A program made the translations under genes and the position numbers. Positions 38,356 to 47,343 of a stretch of DNA of 64,000 bases are shown piece by piece. Position 1 is the first letter of the stretch, and each line of letters opens with the position of its first letter. The notes beneath the pieces were generated by a model that saw only the letters and a list, made by a program, of their open reading frames with translations, searched no databases and was not told the origin of the DNA. The DNA is from Candidatus Moraniibacteriota bacterium (lineage in GTDB: Bacteria; Patescibacteriota; Minisyncoccia; Moranbacterales; GWC2-37-73), in contig DAOOTD010000002.1 in NCBI GenBank assembly GCA_035390125.1, positions 105,908-169,907 of the forward strand, read 5' to 3'.

Positions 38356-39234
38356 TTAATTTTGACACTTTGGACAATAAAAAGCACTTCTTTGGCCCAA
38401 AGTCATTCGCTTGATTATTGTAGCACACTTAATACAATTTTTTCCAGCTCGACGGTAGACTCTTAATGCTTTTTGGAATTTTCCCGGAGCCCCGTCTGTA
38501 TCTCTATAATCACTGTCAGATGTTCCACGCATTTTTATGGCTTTTTTAAGCACAATTAAAGTGGCTTTATATATCTTATTAATTTCATTTTTTGATAAGG
38601 ATGCAATTTTTCTTTGCGGTAAAATTCCGGCTGAATATAAAATTTCACTGCGGTAGATATTGCCTATTCCTGCAATAAGTTCCTGTTCCATAAGCACTAA
38701 ACCAATTGACTTATTTTTCCTTTTATCTAGAATTTCATTAAATTTTTTCAGAGCGAATTCTTTGCTGGTTGCATCTACGCCAAGTTTATTTATTTCTTTA
38801 AGGTTGTTGATTCTATCTGTATCTTCTAAAACAATTTTAGCGAATTTTCGAACATCAGAAAATTCCAAATTAATTTTATTTTTATTTTTTTTAATTTTCC
38901 AAATATGATGAATATAGCTGTTTACCTTATCATTAAAATAATTTTTGTCTTTCGTCTTTTGTCTCTTGTTTCTTTCTTCTGGTTTTACCAGCAGGTGTCC
39001 GGTCATTTTAAGATGAATGTATAAAGTTTTTCTATCTGATAAATCAATAAAAATATTTTTTCCAATTCTTCGCACTCCCAATATTTTTCTATTTTTTATT
39101 TCTTTTTTAAAATTGGCTAACGTCTTATTTCTGATGGCCTTTGGCCAGTCACTCCAAAAATCAGCTATCGTATAGCCGACAATTTTTTTATTCAGATCCG
39201 AAACAATTGTTTGTACTTCGGGTAGTTCTGGCAT
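38356..39234 (-). CDS. mutM: Formamidopyrimidine-DNA glycosylase
   Basis: MPELPEV, HLKMTG, DVRKF, AGIGNIY, C-terminal CxxC...CxxC zinc finger. Confidence 0.96.
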   Translation of the reverse strand: MPELPEVQTIVSDLNKKIVGYTIADFWSDWPKAIRNKTLANFKKEIKNRKILGVRRIGKNIFIDLSDRKTLYIHLKMTGHLLVKPEERNKRQKTKDKNYFNDKVNSYIHHIWKIKKNKNKINLEFSDVRKFAKIVLEDTDRINNLKEINKLGVDATSKEFALKKFNEILDKRKNKSIGLVLMEQELIAGIGNIYRSEILYSAGILPQRKIASLSKNEINKIYKATLIVLKKAIKMRGTSDSDYRDTDGAPGKFQKALRVYRRAGKNCIKCATIIKRMTLGQRSAFYCPKCQN

Positions 39235-39309
39235 AAATCAGTTTTTAGTTGGTCGTTTATGGTTTTTAGAGATATACAAAGTATAACACTTATATAAAAA
39301 ATAAAAAAA

Positions 39310-39338
39310 GTGGGCAGTCATAAGTTCTGACTGCCCAC
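39310..39338 (-). terminator. Intrinsic terminator
   Basis: GTGGGCAGTCA...TGACTGCCCAC 11-bp stem with a T tract on the minus strand. Confidence 0.8.
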
Positions 39339-39352
39339 GAGAGGGGTTGAAA

Positions 39353-40057
39353 TTAGAAGGCGATAATCAGACCTAACCGAATTTTATCAGTTATATCTGT
39401 TTCCCTTTCCATTGTGGTCACTGTTGTTGATTCCGCTATTGTTTCTACCGCAACTTTTTTAACATTCCATTCGCGAGAAACTCGAATGTAAATGCTTACA
39501 TCTTTGGTTATTTGGTAGACTGCCCTCGGGCCGAAGAAATACCAATTGTGTTCGTTTCCTTCCCACCAATGATCATAACCGAAATCAATTCCAGCCGAAA
39601 GCTTATCGGTAATAGGATACATAACTCGCACAAAATTATCGATGTATCCATTTTCCTGACTTGTTATGCTGAAGTAATTTCGGGCATCCACTAAAACCTT
39701 GAATTTCCCGAAACTATCTGCATACCAAATTCCTACCTGGAAAAAATCACTGCCTGTATCGTTAGTGGACAATCCTACTAAAGCCGACAACGGTCCTTTG
39801 GAAAACTGGATTGAGGGCTTAATTGTGAACGAGTGACTTTCGCTGATATAACTGGTTTCCAGCAAACCGGAATACTGTTTGTATTTCCAGAAAGCGTTCA
39901 AAGATTGGCCAGTTATATTTTCTCCTTTCTCCGGATAGACAAAGTCACTAATTCTAATATCGATTGATCCGGAAATTTTTTCGGAATTTGCATCCTGGGC
40001 GAGAGCTGAACCTGCCGTCAAAAACATTACACATATCCAAATGAAAAACTTTTTCAT
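39353..40057 (-). CDS. Secreted protein with outer-membrane beta-barrel-like pattern
   Basis: Sec signal peptide (ALA-Q), amphipathic aromatic-rich strands, C-terminus RLGLIIAF; AAGGAGG SD. Confidence 0.65.
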   Translation of the reverse strand: MKKFFIWICVMFLTAGSALAQDANSEKISGSIDIRISDFVYPEKGENITGQSLNAFWKYKQYSGLLETSYISESHSFTIKPSIQFSKGPLSALVGLSTNDTGSDFFQVGIWYADSFGKFKVLVDARNYFSITSQENGYIDNFVRVMYPITDKLSAGIDFGYDHWWEGNEHNWYFFGPRAVYQITKDVSIYIRVSREWNVKKVAVETIAESTTVTTMERETDITDKIRLGLIIAF

Positions 40058-40088
40058 ATTTTCCTCCTTTACCGGAGGAAACCTCCGG

Positions 40089-41282
40089 TTATTCAGTAAT
40101 TAAATTTAATACTTTAACTTTGCACTGAATAACCGAAAAAATTGGAACATGATCGATTTGACGGCAGAATTCTTTCAGCCGCAATAAATTTTTCTGAATC
40201 TTATTAATACTACAAGATAAAACAACTTGCAGATTAAAAGTTTCAACAATCAGTGAATTAACATCTTGCTGGCCAACATTTTTTTGACTTTGGTTATCGC
40301 TAGATATACTCATCCGCGCTAAGTGCTGACCTTGATCCGCAATTTGTTCCCAAGCAGTTTCGGGCAAAAAGTTTTTGGCTTTTGCTTTTGTTTCCGCCTG
40401 CACTAAATTCGGAATGAAACTGATCAGTAATGTGGCAATTAATGCCAGAGCCAATCCGTGTCGCGGTGTTAAACCTGCTTCTGCCAGCTGGTTTCTCCAA
40501 GAACGTAGAGATAAAGCATTTTCTCTGAACTCTTTTATTTTTTGAATTTCTTCATTTGATAAATAAGTAAAGAGATTTTGCTTGGTTCTTCTGTACTCGG
40601 CTTCAACCAAATAATGCCGTTCCTTTTTCTTCACCCACTGGATAAAAATATAACCAATTACTGCTGGGTAAGAAATCAGCATCAGCAAAAATCTCAACGG
40701 TCTAGGGAACATGCTTTTTTCTTTGTCCTTATTTTCGCTCGCCCAAATAACGAACAGCATGAAAGCAAATGGCATAAATCTAAAATAAACAAACAAAAAC
40801 CATTTTAAAACTCCGCGCCAGCCAAGAGCCTTCAATTCATCTTGAGCTTTTTCTCTTGGAATTCGAGCAGGATCAATAAATTCCTTGTAATCTTCCCGTG
40901 CTTTTTCCAAGGCGACATAATCTTTTTTAGTTTTTAAACTATCTCGGCTGATCTGATTCAATTCTGATACACCAGAAACTGTCCCAAGACCATCTATGCC
41001 CATCTCTTTACCTTTTCGGGAAAAATCTTTTAGATCGCTAAAATAATCAGTGACTGTATAAACTTCTCCACGAGATTTTTTTTCTTTTGCCTTGGTTACT
41101 TTTTCTTCCATGTATTTATGAAGAATTTGTTGTCTTTTAAAAAGTTCCTCTCTCGGTATATCTGGGACTTTAGCCTCATTCTCTTTATGAAGTTGCCAGC
41201 AAGATTGCGGCAATCCTGTAAAGAAAATGAACAAAAACAGCAAACCCAGCTTCATAAACCACGGTTTACGGATAATACGCAT
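40089..41282 (-). CDS. Hypothetical membrane protein
   Basis: About 4 hydrophobic segments. GAAAGGTGGTGA SD favours ATG 41282. Confidence 0.7.
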   Translation of the reverse strand: MRIIRKPWFMKLGLLFLFIFFTGLPQSCWQLHKENEAKVPDIPREELFKRQQILHKYMEEKVTKAKEKKSRGEVYTVTDYFSDLKDFSRKGKEMGIDGLGTVSGVSELNQISRDSLKTKKDYVALEKAREDYKEFIDPARIPREKAQDELKALGWRGVLKWFLFVYFRFMPFAFMLFVIWASENKDKEKSMFPRPLRFLLMLISYPAVIGYIFIQWVKKKERHYLVEAEYRRTKQNLFTYLSNEEIQKIKEFRENALSLRSWRNQLAEAGLTPRHGLALALIATLLISFIPNLVQAETKAKAKNFLPETAWEQIADQGQHLARMSISSDNQSQKNVGQQDVNSLIVETFNLQVVLSCSINKIQKNLLRLKEFCRQIDHVPIFSVIQCKVKVLNLITE

Positions 41283-41335
41283 CTTGCTCACCACCTTTCA
41301 TATTTTATTTTGTTCTTAAAGAACAAGAACAAATA

Positions 41336-41364
41336 AACATAGCATAAAATACTATGTTTGTCAA
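41336..41364 (-). promoter_or_regulatory. Sigma70-type promoter overlapped by an inverted repeat
   Basis: TTGACA-N17-TATGTT; AAACATAG-N9-CTATGTTT dyad. Confidence 0.55.
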
Positions 41365-41410
41365 TATCTAAATGATTTATTGGTAGTTGTAAAAAGTATT
41401 GATTTTAAAG

Positions 41411-44122
41411 TTATATTTCTCCCCAATTATCTCCAATTTTGACATCGGCAACGAGAGGAACTTCGAGCTTGATGATATTTTCCAAAATTTCTTTAACTTT
41501 TTTAGCAACTTCTTCAGCAATAGCTTCTTTAACTTCAAGAATTATTTCATCGTGAATTTGCAGAATTATTTTAACACTATCATTTTTAGAAAATTCATTA
41601 TGAACACCTATCATGGCTATTTTCATTATATCGGCAGCTAATCCCTGGATTGGCATATTGATAGCCATGCGTTCAGCAGCATTGGCAACTTGCATGTTAG
41701 GTGAATTGATTTCCGGAATATTTCGGCGTCGTCCCAGCAATGTTTCCACATAACCATTTTTTCTGGCAAATTCGCGAGTATTTTTCATGTACCTAGCTAC
41801 ATCCCCAAACTTTTCCATATAAGTGTTTATAAATCTTTGCGCTTCTTCCCTTGAAATCCCAGCTGACTGTGAAAAACCATAGGCGCTCATACCATAGATA
41901 ATTCCAAAATTAAGAGCTTTAGCGCCTGAACGCATTTTCTCAGTAACTTGCGAAAGAGTTACTTTATTAATTTCTGCTGCAGTCAGCTTGTGAATATCAT
42001 CTCCGCGATGAAAGGCCTCAATAAGTTTTTTATCATTGCTAACATGAGCTACACAACGAAGATCTATTTGAGAATAATCAGCGCTGATTAATTTATACCC
42101 GTCTCTGGCAACAAAAGCAGTTCTAAGCAACTGACCCAATTCTGTCTTAATCGGAATATTCTGTAAATTTGGTTCGGCTGAAGAAAGTCGGCCGGTAGCA
42201 GTCACTGCCTGATTGAAGGTGGTGTGGATACGAGAATTTTTATCAACAAGTTTAGGTATTGTGTCTAGGTAGGTTGTCTTTAATTTGAAAAGTTCCCGAT
42301 ATTCTTCGATCTTTTTTATAATCTTATGACTGTCTTTTAATTTTTCCAGTTCATCTGCTGCAGTAGAAAAACCGGTCTTACCTTTTTTTATATTAAAAGT
42401 CGGAAGTTTTAATTTAACAAAAAGAACTTCTGCTAGCTGTTGTGGTGAATTAATATTGAATTCTTTACCAGCCAAAGCATAAATTGATTTTTCAAGATTT
42501 TGGAGAGTACCTGATATTTTTTCTGAAATGCCTTTGAAAATAGTAGTATTTATTTCAATGCCTTCGAGTTCCATTTTGTCCAGTATTTTCACCAGTGGCA
42601 TCTCAATATTATAAAAAACATTCTCTAAATTTCCTGGCACATGTTTATTTTTTTTCTGTTCTTCGCTGATGCGAGCCATTTCTTTTTCCATAGAAAGCTT
42701 AAGCTTCAAGGCATAGTCAGCTTTTTTGCATGTTTCCATGGCAGCATTTTCCTTATCTTCTTCACTGGCAACCAGTGACAACTGAATTTTTTGTTTTTTC
42801 CCAAAATCAATTTCTTCTCCCAATTCTGACATCGCAAGCTTTTCCAGTGTTATTTTTTCTCCCGGGTTCAGGACATAGGCGGCAATCATCACGTCCCAAT
42901 AAATATTTTGCAGATTTATATTTGCGCTAGATAATTGTTTGAATATGGATTTCAAATCAAAGCCAATTTTTTTTATGGCAGGATTTTCCAAGATGTTTTT
43001 TATCTCCGGATTTATATTATCAATAGGGAAATAAGCCGAGCGTCCGGTTTTGTAGGAAAGGGCGATGTCATTTAAAATTCCATTATTAATTTCTGTGGCA
43101 ATGGTAATTTCTTTGACATCTTTCAGTTCGGAAATAATCTCGGCGATATTTTTTTCATCAGCAATAAAATATTTGAAATCTTTTACTCCGGTATTTCCAT
43201 TTGCATATTCAGGTTTAATCTGCTTGCCAGAATCAGGAAGTCTCTTAATAAGGCTGTAAAAATTAAGCTCGCTGAAAAGTTTTACTATTTTGTCGCGGTC
43301 AAAATCATGCAGCCTGGATTTTTCCAAATCAAATTTTATTGGCGCATCCAGGGTTATGGTGGCCAATTCTTTGCTTAGAATAGCGTTGGACTTATCTCTT
43401 TCCAGTTTTTCTTTAACTGCACCCTTAATTTCATTGATATTTTTATAAACCCCATTAATGTCTTTGTATTTTTTAAGCAGATCAACAGCCGTTTTTTCGC
43501 CTATGCCTTTGACGCCCGGGATATTGTCTGATGGATCACCCCTAAGTCCCTTGTAATCAATAAGCTGCTCTGGTTTTAAGCCATAACGCTCGAAAACTTT
43601 TTCCTCGTCATATATAACAGCATCGCTTAGGCCGCGTTTCATAGTATATACTTTTGTTTTGTCATCGATAAGCTGCAACGTGTCCATGTCGCCGGTCACG
43701 ATAATTGTTTCAATTTGCTCTTCATTATTTTCAACTTGTTTTGCAACAGTTCCAATAATGTCATCGGCTTCAAATCCAGCTTTTTCATAAATGGGAATAT
43801 TGAATTTTTCCACGACCTCTTTTACTCGTGGGATTTGGGCATAAAGCTCATCATCGGCTTTTACACGGTTAGCTTTATATTTCTCAAATTTTTCATGGCG
43901 GAAAGTCGGTCCTGCCAGGTCAAAAGAAGCAGCCACATAATCCGGCTTGAATTTTTCTATGACACTAAGGAGGGTCGAAGAAAATCCGTAAACAGCATTG
44001 ACTAGTTCGCCTTTTTTGGTGGAAAGAGGTGGCAAAGCGTGATAGGAACGATGAATAATCGCATTCCCATCAATTAAAATAAGTTTTTTCCCGCCTTGGG
44101 ATAATTTTGTCTTTTTTTCCAT
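41411..44122 (-). CDS. polA: DNA polymerase I
   Basis: 5'-3' exonuclease (LIDGN, GFEADD, GDPSDNIPGV); polymerase motifs ADYSQ, KALNFGIIYG, QIHDE. Confidence 0.97.
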   Translation of the reverse strand: MEKKTKLSQGGKKLILIDGNAIIHRSYHALPPLSTKKGELVNAVYGFSSTLLSVIEKFKPDYVAASFDLAGPTFRHEKFEKYKANRVKADDELYAQIPRVKEVVEKFNIPIYEKAGFEADDIIGTVAKQVENNEEQIETIIVTGDMDTLQLIDDKTKVYTMKRGLSDAVIYDEEKVFERYGLKPEQLIDYKGLRGDPSDNIPGVKGIGEKTAVDLLKKYKDINGVYKNINEIKGAVKEKLERDKSNAILSKELATITLDAPIKFDLEKSRLHDFDRDKIVKLFSELNFYSLIKRLPDSGKQIKPEYANGNTGVKDFKYFIADEKNIAEIISELKDVKEITIATEINNGILNDIALSYKTGRSAYFPIDNINPEIKNILENPAIKKIGFDLKSIFKQLSSANINLQNIYWDVMIAAYVLNPGEKITLEKLAMSELGEEIDFGKKQKIQLSLVASEEDKENAAMETCKKADYALKLKLSMEKEMARISEEQKKNKHVPGNLENVFYNIEMPLVKILDKMELEGIEINTTIFKGISEKISGTLQNLEKSIYALAGKEFNINSPQQLAEVLFVKLKLPTFNIKKGKTGFSTAADELEKLKDSHKIIKKIEEYRELFKLKTTYLDTIPKLVDKNSRIHTTFNQAVTATGRLSSAEPNLQNIPIKTELGQLLRTAFVARDGYKLISADYSQIDLRCVAHVSNDKKLIEAFHRGDDIHKLTAAEINKVTLSQVTEKMRSGAKALNFGIIYGMSAYGFSQSAGISREEAQRFINTYMEKFGDVARYMKNTREFARKNGYVETLLGRRRNIPEINSPNMQVANAAERMAINMPIQGLAADIMKIAMIGVHNEFSKNDSVKIILQIHDEIILEVKEAIAEEVAKKVKEILENIIKLEVPLVADVKIGDNWGEI

Positions 44123-44215
44123 ATATTCATTATACATTCAAAAGAAGCTTTTTCAAACAAAAAACGGGCTGTGCAAACACTTAACCCGCTTCAAGTTTTA
44201 GATCAATTTATTTTT

Positions 44216-44407
44216 TTATTGTCTGTCCCAATTTTCTATTTTTTCAATCTGTTCCTTGATACTCTTTGATTCTATAATTGTCCCATCAGGACCAATGGTC
44301 CTTATTTTTTCCTTTTTTTCCGCCTCGTTTTTCTCTTTGATATCTAAATCATCAAAATCATTTAAATCTGGTGGAATAGGTTTTAAAAACATGTCTTCTT
44401 TTCCCAT
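44216..44407 (-). CDS. Small charged hypothetical protein
   Basis: 63-aa ORF followed by a hairpin at 44163-44189. Confidence 0.45.
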   Translation of the reverse strand: MGKEDMFLKPIPPDLNDFDDLDIKEKNEAEKKEKIRTIGPDGTIIESKSIKEQIEKIENWDRQ

Positions 44408-44456
44408 ATTAGTTTTTTTTGGTTTTTGCCAAAATAGTTAATTATTATAAATAAAA

Positions 44457-44483
44457 AAGAACGGGGAAAACTCACCCGTTCTT
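44457..44483 (-). terminator. Intrinsic terminator
   Basis: AAGAACGGG...CCCGTTCTT with a T tract on the minus strand. Confidence 0.75.
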
Positions 44484-44520
44484 GTCTATGCTACCATTGT
44501 AGCATACTTTTTGAAAAAAA

Positions 44521-44988
44521 TCAAGTTTTTAAAGCATTACGCCTTCTTTTGGCAAGAGAAATTGTCATTTCCTTTTCTCTTTTTGTGGCGTTGCTTTCCA
44601 GAGATTTTTTTTCTGCATAATTAATTTGTTTTAACAAAACTTCTTTTGGGTTTTTATATATCTTGCCCAAAAGCACTAGTGCTTTTTTGTCTGCTTCTAT
44701 GCAACTGGTTTCATGTGATTCACGATCTTTTATTACATGTCCGATCTCATGTGAAAGCATTGCATATACAATTTCAACAGCCGCTTCTTCACAAATCATT
44801 TCTTTAACTTTTATGTTTATAAGAATGAAATGTTTTCCCAACCCTTCGTTAAAAATGGTGTATCCTAAAAAAGGAACATCAGTGACAAAAATAAAATTTA
44901 TCATCCCTTCTTCCATAGGATCAATCAATTTTAAAATCATTTCTTGTATTTTTTCGCTTAAATCAGAATCATTGACTCTTTCAAGCAT
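44521..44988 (-). CDS. Small HExxH zinc metallopeptidase-like protein
   Basis: MLSHEIGH followed by IEAD; GAAAGGAAGTGA SD. Confidence 0.7.
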   Translation of the reverse strand: MLERVNDSDLSEKIQEMILKLIDPMEEGMINFIFVTDVPFLGYTIFNEGLGKHFILINIKVKEMICEEAAVEIVYAMLSHEIGHVIKDRESHETSCIEADKKALVLLGKIYKNPKEVLLKQINYAEKKSLESNATKREKEMTISLAKRRRNALKT

Positions 44989-45038
44989 TGCGCATCACTT
45001 CCTTTCTTGATTTATTTTATTTTTAAAGAAGACCATAA

Positions 45039-45067
45039 ACATTAGCACTATTCATGCTTTTTGTCAA
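45039..45067 (-). promoter_or_regulatory. Sigma70-type promoter
   Basis: TTGACA-N17-TAATGT with extended TG. Confidence 0.6.
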
Positions 45068-45082
45068 TGGGTGTGGCAAACT

Positions 45083-45505
45083 CTATTCATTTAGGGATAT
45101 TTTTCTTTCCTTATCTCTTATCCATTTAAAATTAATCCAAAGAGAATTTTTGGGGATTATTTTTTTTACTCTTTCCGCCCATTCGATAATGACGATAGAG
45201 TTTGGTTTCCCAGCGAAATCTTTCCAGCCTAATTCTAATAAATCCTTAGCTTCAATACGGTAAGCATCAATATGATAAATAATTTTTGATTTAATTTTAT
45301 ATGTTTTTATTATATTAAAAGTTGGGCTGGTAAAAGGGCCTTTAATTTTAAGTCCTTTTAAAATTCCTTGTGTGAAAGTAGTTTTGCCGGAACCTAAGTC
45401 TCCGGAAAGGCAGATTATTTCTCCGCCACGAAGTTCCTTAGCTAATATTTCGCCAATCTTTTTAGTCTGAACTGATGAAGTTGTAACAAATGATGTAATG
45501 GCCAT
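45083..45505 (-). CDS. tsaE: tRNA threonylcarbamoyladenosine biosynthesis ATPase
   Basis: LSGDLGSGKTTF, SPTF, HIDAYR, IIEWA. Confidence 0.95.
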   Translation of the reverse strand: MAITSFVTTSSVQTKKIGEILAKELRGGEIICLSGDLGSGKTTFTQGILKGLKIKGPFTSPTFNIIKTYKIKSKIIYHIDAYRIEAKDLLELGWKDFAGKPNSIVIIEWAERVKKIIPKNSLWINFKWIRDKERKISLNE

Positions 45506-45548
45506 ATAGCAAAAACATATAACATAAAAGAAAAATAAGCAATAAAAA

Positions 45549-45584
45549 ACGGCAGCTAAGACAAATTTTTGTCAAAGCTGCCGT
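45549..45584 (-). terminator. Intrinsic terminator
   Basis: ACGGCAGCT..GACAA..TTGTC..AGCTGCCGT long stem with a T tract. Confidence 0.75.
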
Positions 45585-45595
45585 GGCAGGTTCCT

Positions 45596-45850
45596 TTAAT
45601 ACCTATAGTGTCTATAATAACGTCCCTGATGATGTGTATATGGATAACTATATGAATGATGAAAAAAAACATCATTAACAGCACCAAGGAACAGTAACGC
45701 GGCAACAGCACCAACCACCGAAGGATCAATAGTCAAAACGGCCTGTTGCCTGACGCCGTACGAGTCAGTTACATATCTGTTTTGTACGGCACAGCCGCTA
45801 ATCGCATTGAATAATAAAACTGCCAGCAAAATAGTAAAAAGTTTTTTCAT
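45596..45850 (-). CDS. Small lipoprotein with a His/Tyr/Arg-rich tail
   Basis: AAGGAGGT SD, lipobox ISGC, hydrophobic segment, HHSYSYPYTHHQGRYYRHYRY. Confidence 0.65.
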   Translation of the reverse strand: MKKLFTILLAVLLFNAISGCAVQNRYVTDSYGVRQQAVLTIDPSVVGAVAALLFLGAVNDVFFHHSYSYPYTHHQGRYYRHYRY

Positions 45851-45891
45851 TGCCCAAACCTCCTTATATTTTAAAAAACTTGTGATTTTCT

Positions 45892-45965
45892 ATTAAACTC
45901 AAAAATTAATATTTTGTCAAGACTAGAAGTTTTTTATTGACATTATCGAATAAGCTTGCTAATTT
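45892..45965. promoter_or_regulatory. Back-to-back sigma70-type promoters
   Basis: Minus strand TTGACA(45915-20)-N17-TTTAAT; plus strand TTGACA(45937-42)-N17-TAATTT. Confidence 0.55.
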
Positions 45966-46020
45966 ATATTACCATGCTAATTTAATCAGCAACTATCGTT
46001 TTATATAAAAAGTTCAACAT

Positions 46021-47166
46021 ATGAGTCTTGATAGCGCGCAACAACTTAATAATGTTTTGAATAATGCCAAGAACATCTTAATTTTTATGGGACGTGGTTC
46101 AGAAGGTGACTCGATAGGATCAGCTTGGGCAATATATTTCTTTCTGAAAAAAATGGGAATTCAGTCAACTGTAGTAACTCCTGATATTAAAAATAATTTT
46201 GACCGTTTTTCTTTCTTAACAAAACCAGAAGAAACGATAAGCAGTCTAGCTGGTGCGCGTGATTTTGTACTTTCATTCAATACTGAATTCAATAAAATAA
46301 CTAACGTACGTACTGAGCGCAATAATCAACAATTAAATATTTTTATTACTCCGGAAAAAGGCTCTATTGATCCGCGTGATTTTTCTTTCATTCCTGCAAA
46401 ATTCAAATATGATCTTGTGATCGTGCTAAATAGCCCAGACAAAGAATCTTTAGGAAAAGTTTACGAAGAAAATCCAGACATTTTTTATGAAGTTCCGGTT
46501 ATAAATATAGATTATCATGCCGATAATGATAATTTTGGACAGCTTAATATAGTTGATATAACCGCTTCTTCAACTTCTGAGATAGTGGCTGACCTAATAC
46601 AAAAAATTAACGCGGAAAATTTGGATGAAACTATAGCAGAAAGCCTGTTGACCGGAATCATTGATGCGACAAACAGTTTTCAGAAGAAAAACACTACTCC
46701 GAAATCATTACAGATATCTGCGGCCTTGATGGCTAAAGGCGCAAACCAACAAAAGATAATTCGCTATTTATACAAAACCCAGCCATTGCATCTTTTGAAG
46801 CTCTGGGGAAGAATAATGGCACGTTTATATTGGGAAGATGATATTAGTCTGGCTTGGGCACCTGTATATATAGAAGATTTTGTACAGAGTCGCAGTAATC
46901 CGGATGATATTACATTTATTCTTGATAAAATTAAAGACAATTACTCTGCAGGTAAAATTTTTATGGTTCTTTACAATGAAATGCCTGGAGAAGTTTGCGG
47001 AATTATAAAATGTAACAATGCAGAACAATTAAAAAAGATAGCTGAAACATTAGAAATATCTGCTAACGGTGACACATGTCAATTTAAGCAGGAGGCTGTC
47101 GATACAGTAGAAGCTGGCCAACGCATAGTTGAAAAGATAAGAATGCAAATAGCAGATCAGCAATAA
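46021..47166 (+). CDS. DHH-family protein with degenerate catalytic motifs
   Basis: GDSIGS, INIDYH, SSTSEI, LLTGIIDATNSF; no GGGH. Confidence 0.75.
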   Translation: MSLDSAQQLNNVLNNAKNILIFMGRGSEGDSIGSAWAIYFFLKKMGIQSTVVTPDIKNNFDRFSFLTKPEETISSLAGARDFVLSFNTEFNKITNVRTERNNQQLNIFITPEKGSIDPRDFSFIPAKFKYDLVIVLNSPDKESLGKVYEENPDIFYEVPVINIDYHADNDNFGQLNIVDITASSTSEIVADLIQKINAENLDETIAESLLTGIIDATNSFQKKNTTPKSLQISAALMAKGANQQKIIRYLYKTQPLHLLKLWGRIMARLYWEDDISLAWAPVYIEDFVQSRSNPDDITFILDKIKDNYSAGKIFMVLYNEMPGEVCGIIKCNNAEQLKKIAETLEISANGDTCQFKQEAVDTVEAGQRIVEKIRMQIADQQ

Positions 47167-47343
47167 AAATACTTAAAGGACTTTTTCCTGGTTAATGATT
47201 TTTTAATTGATAATAGATGTCTCTTGGATTAATCCTACTTGTGGTAGGTTTTTTATTATGATTATTTTTTGTAATTTTTGTCTATTTATAGTACAATTAC
47301 ACTAAACTTGAACGGAATAGGAATATTTAAACAAAAAATAATT

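Noticed and set aside
42900-43130. Degenerate 3'-5' exonuclease motif in PolA
   Set aside because: Loss of proofreading residues in Pol I is common in many bacterial lineages
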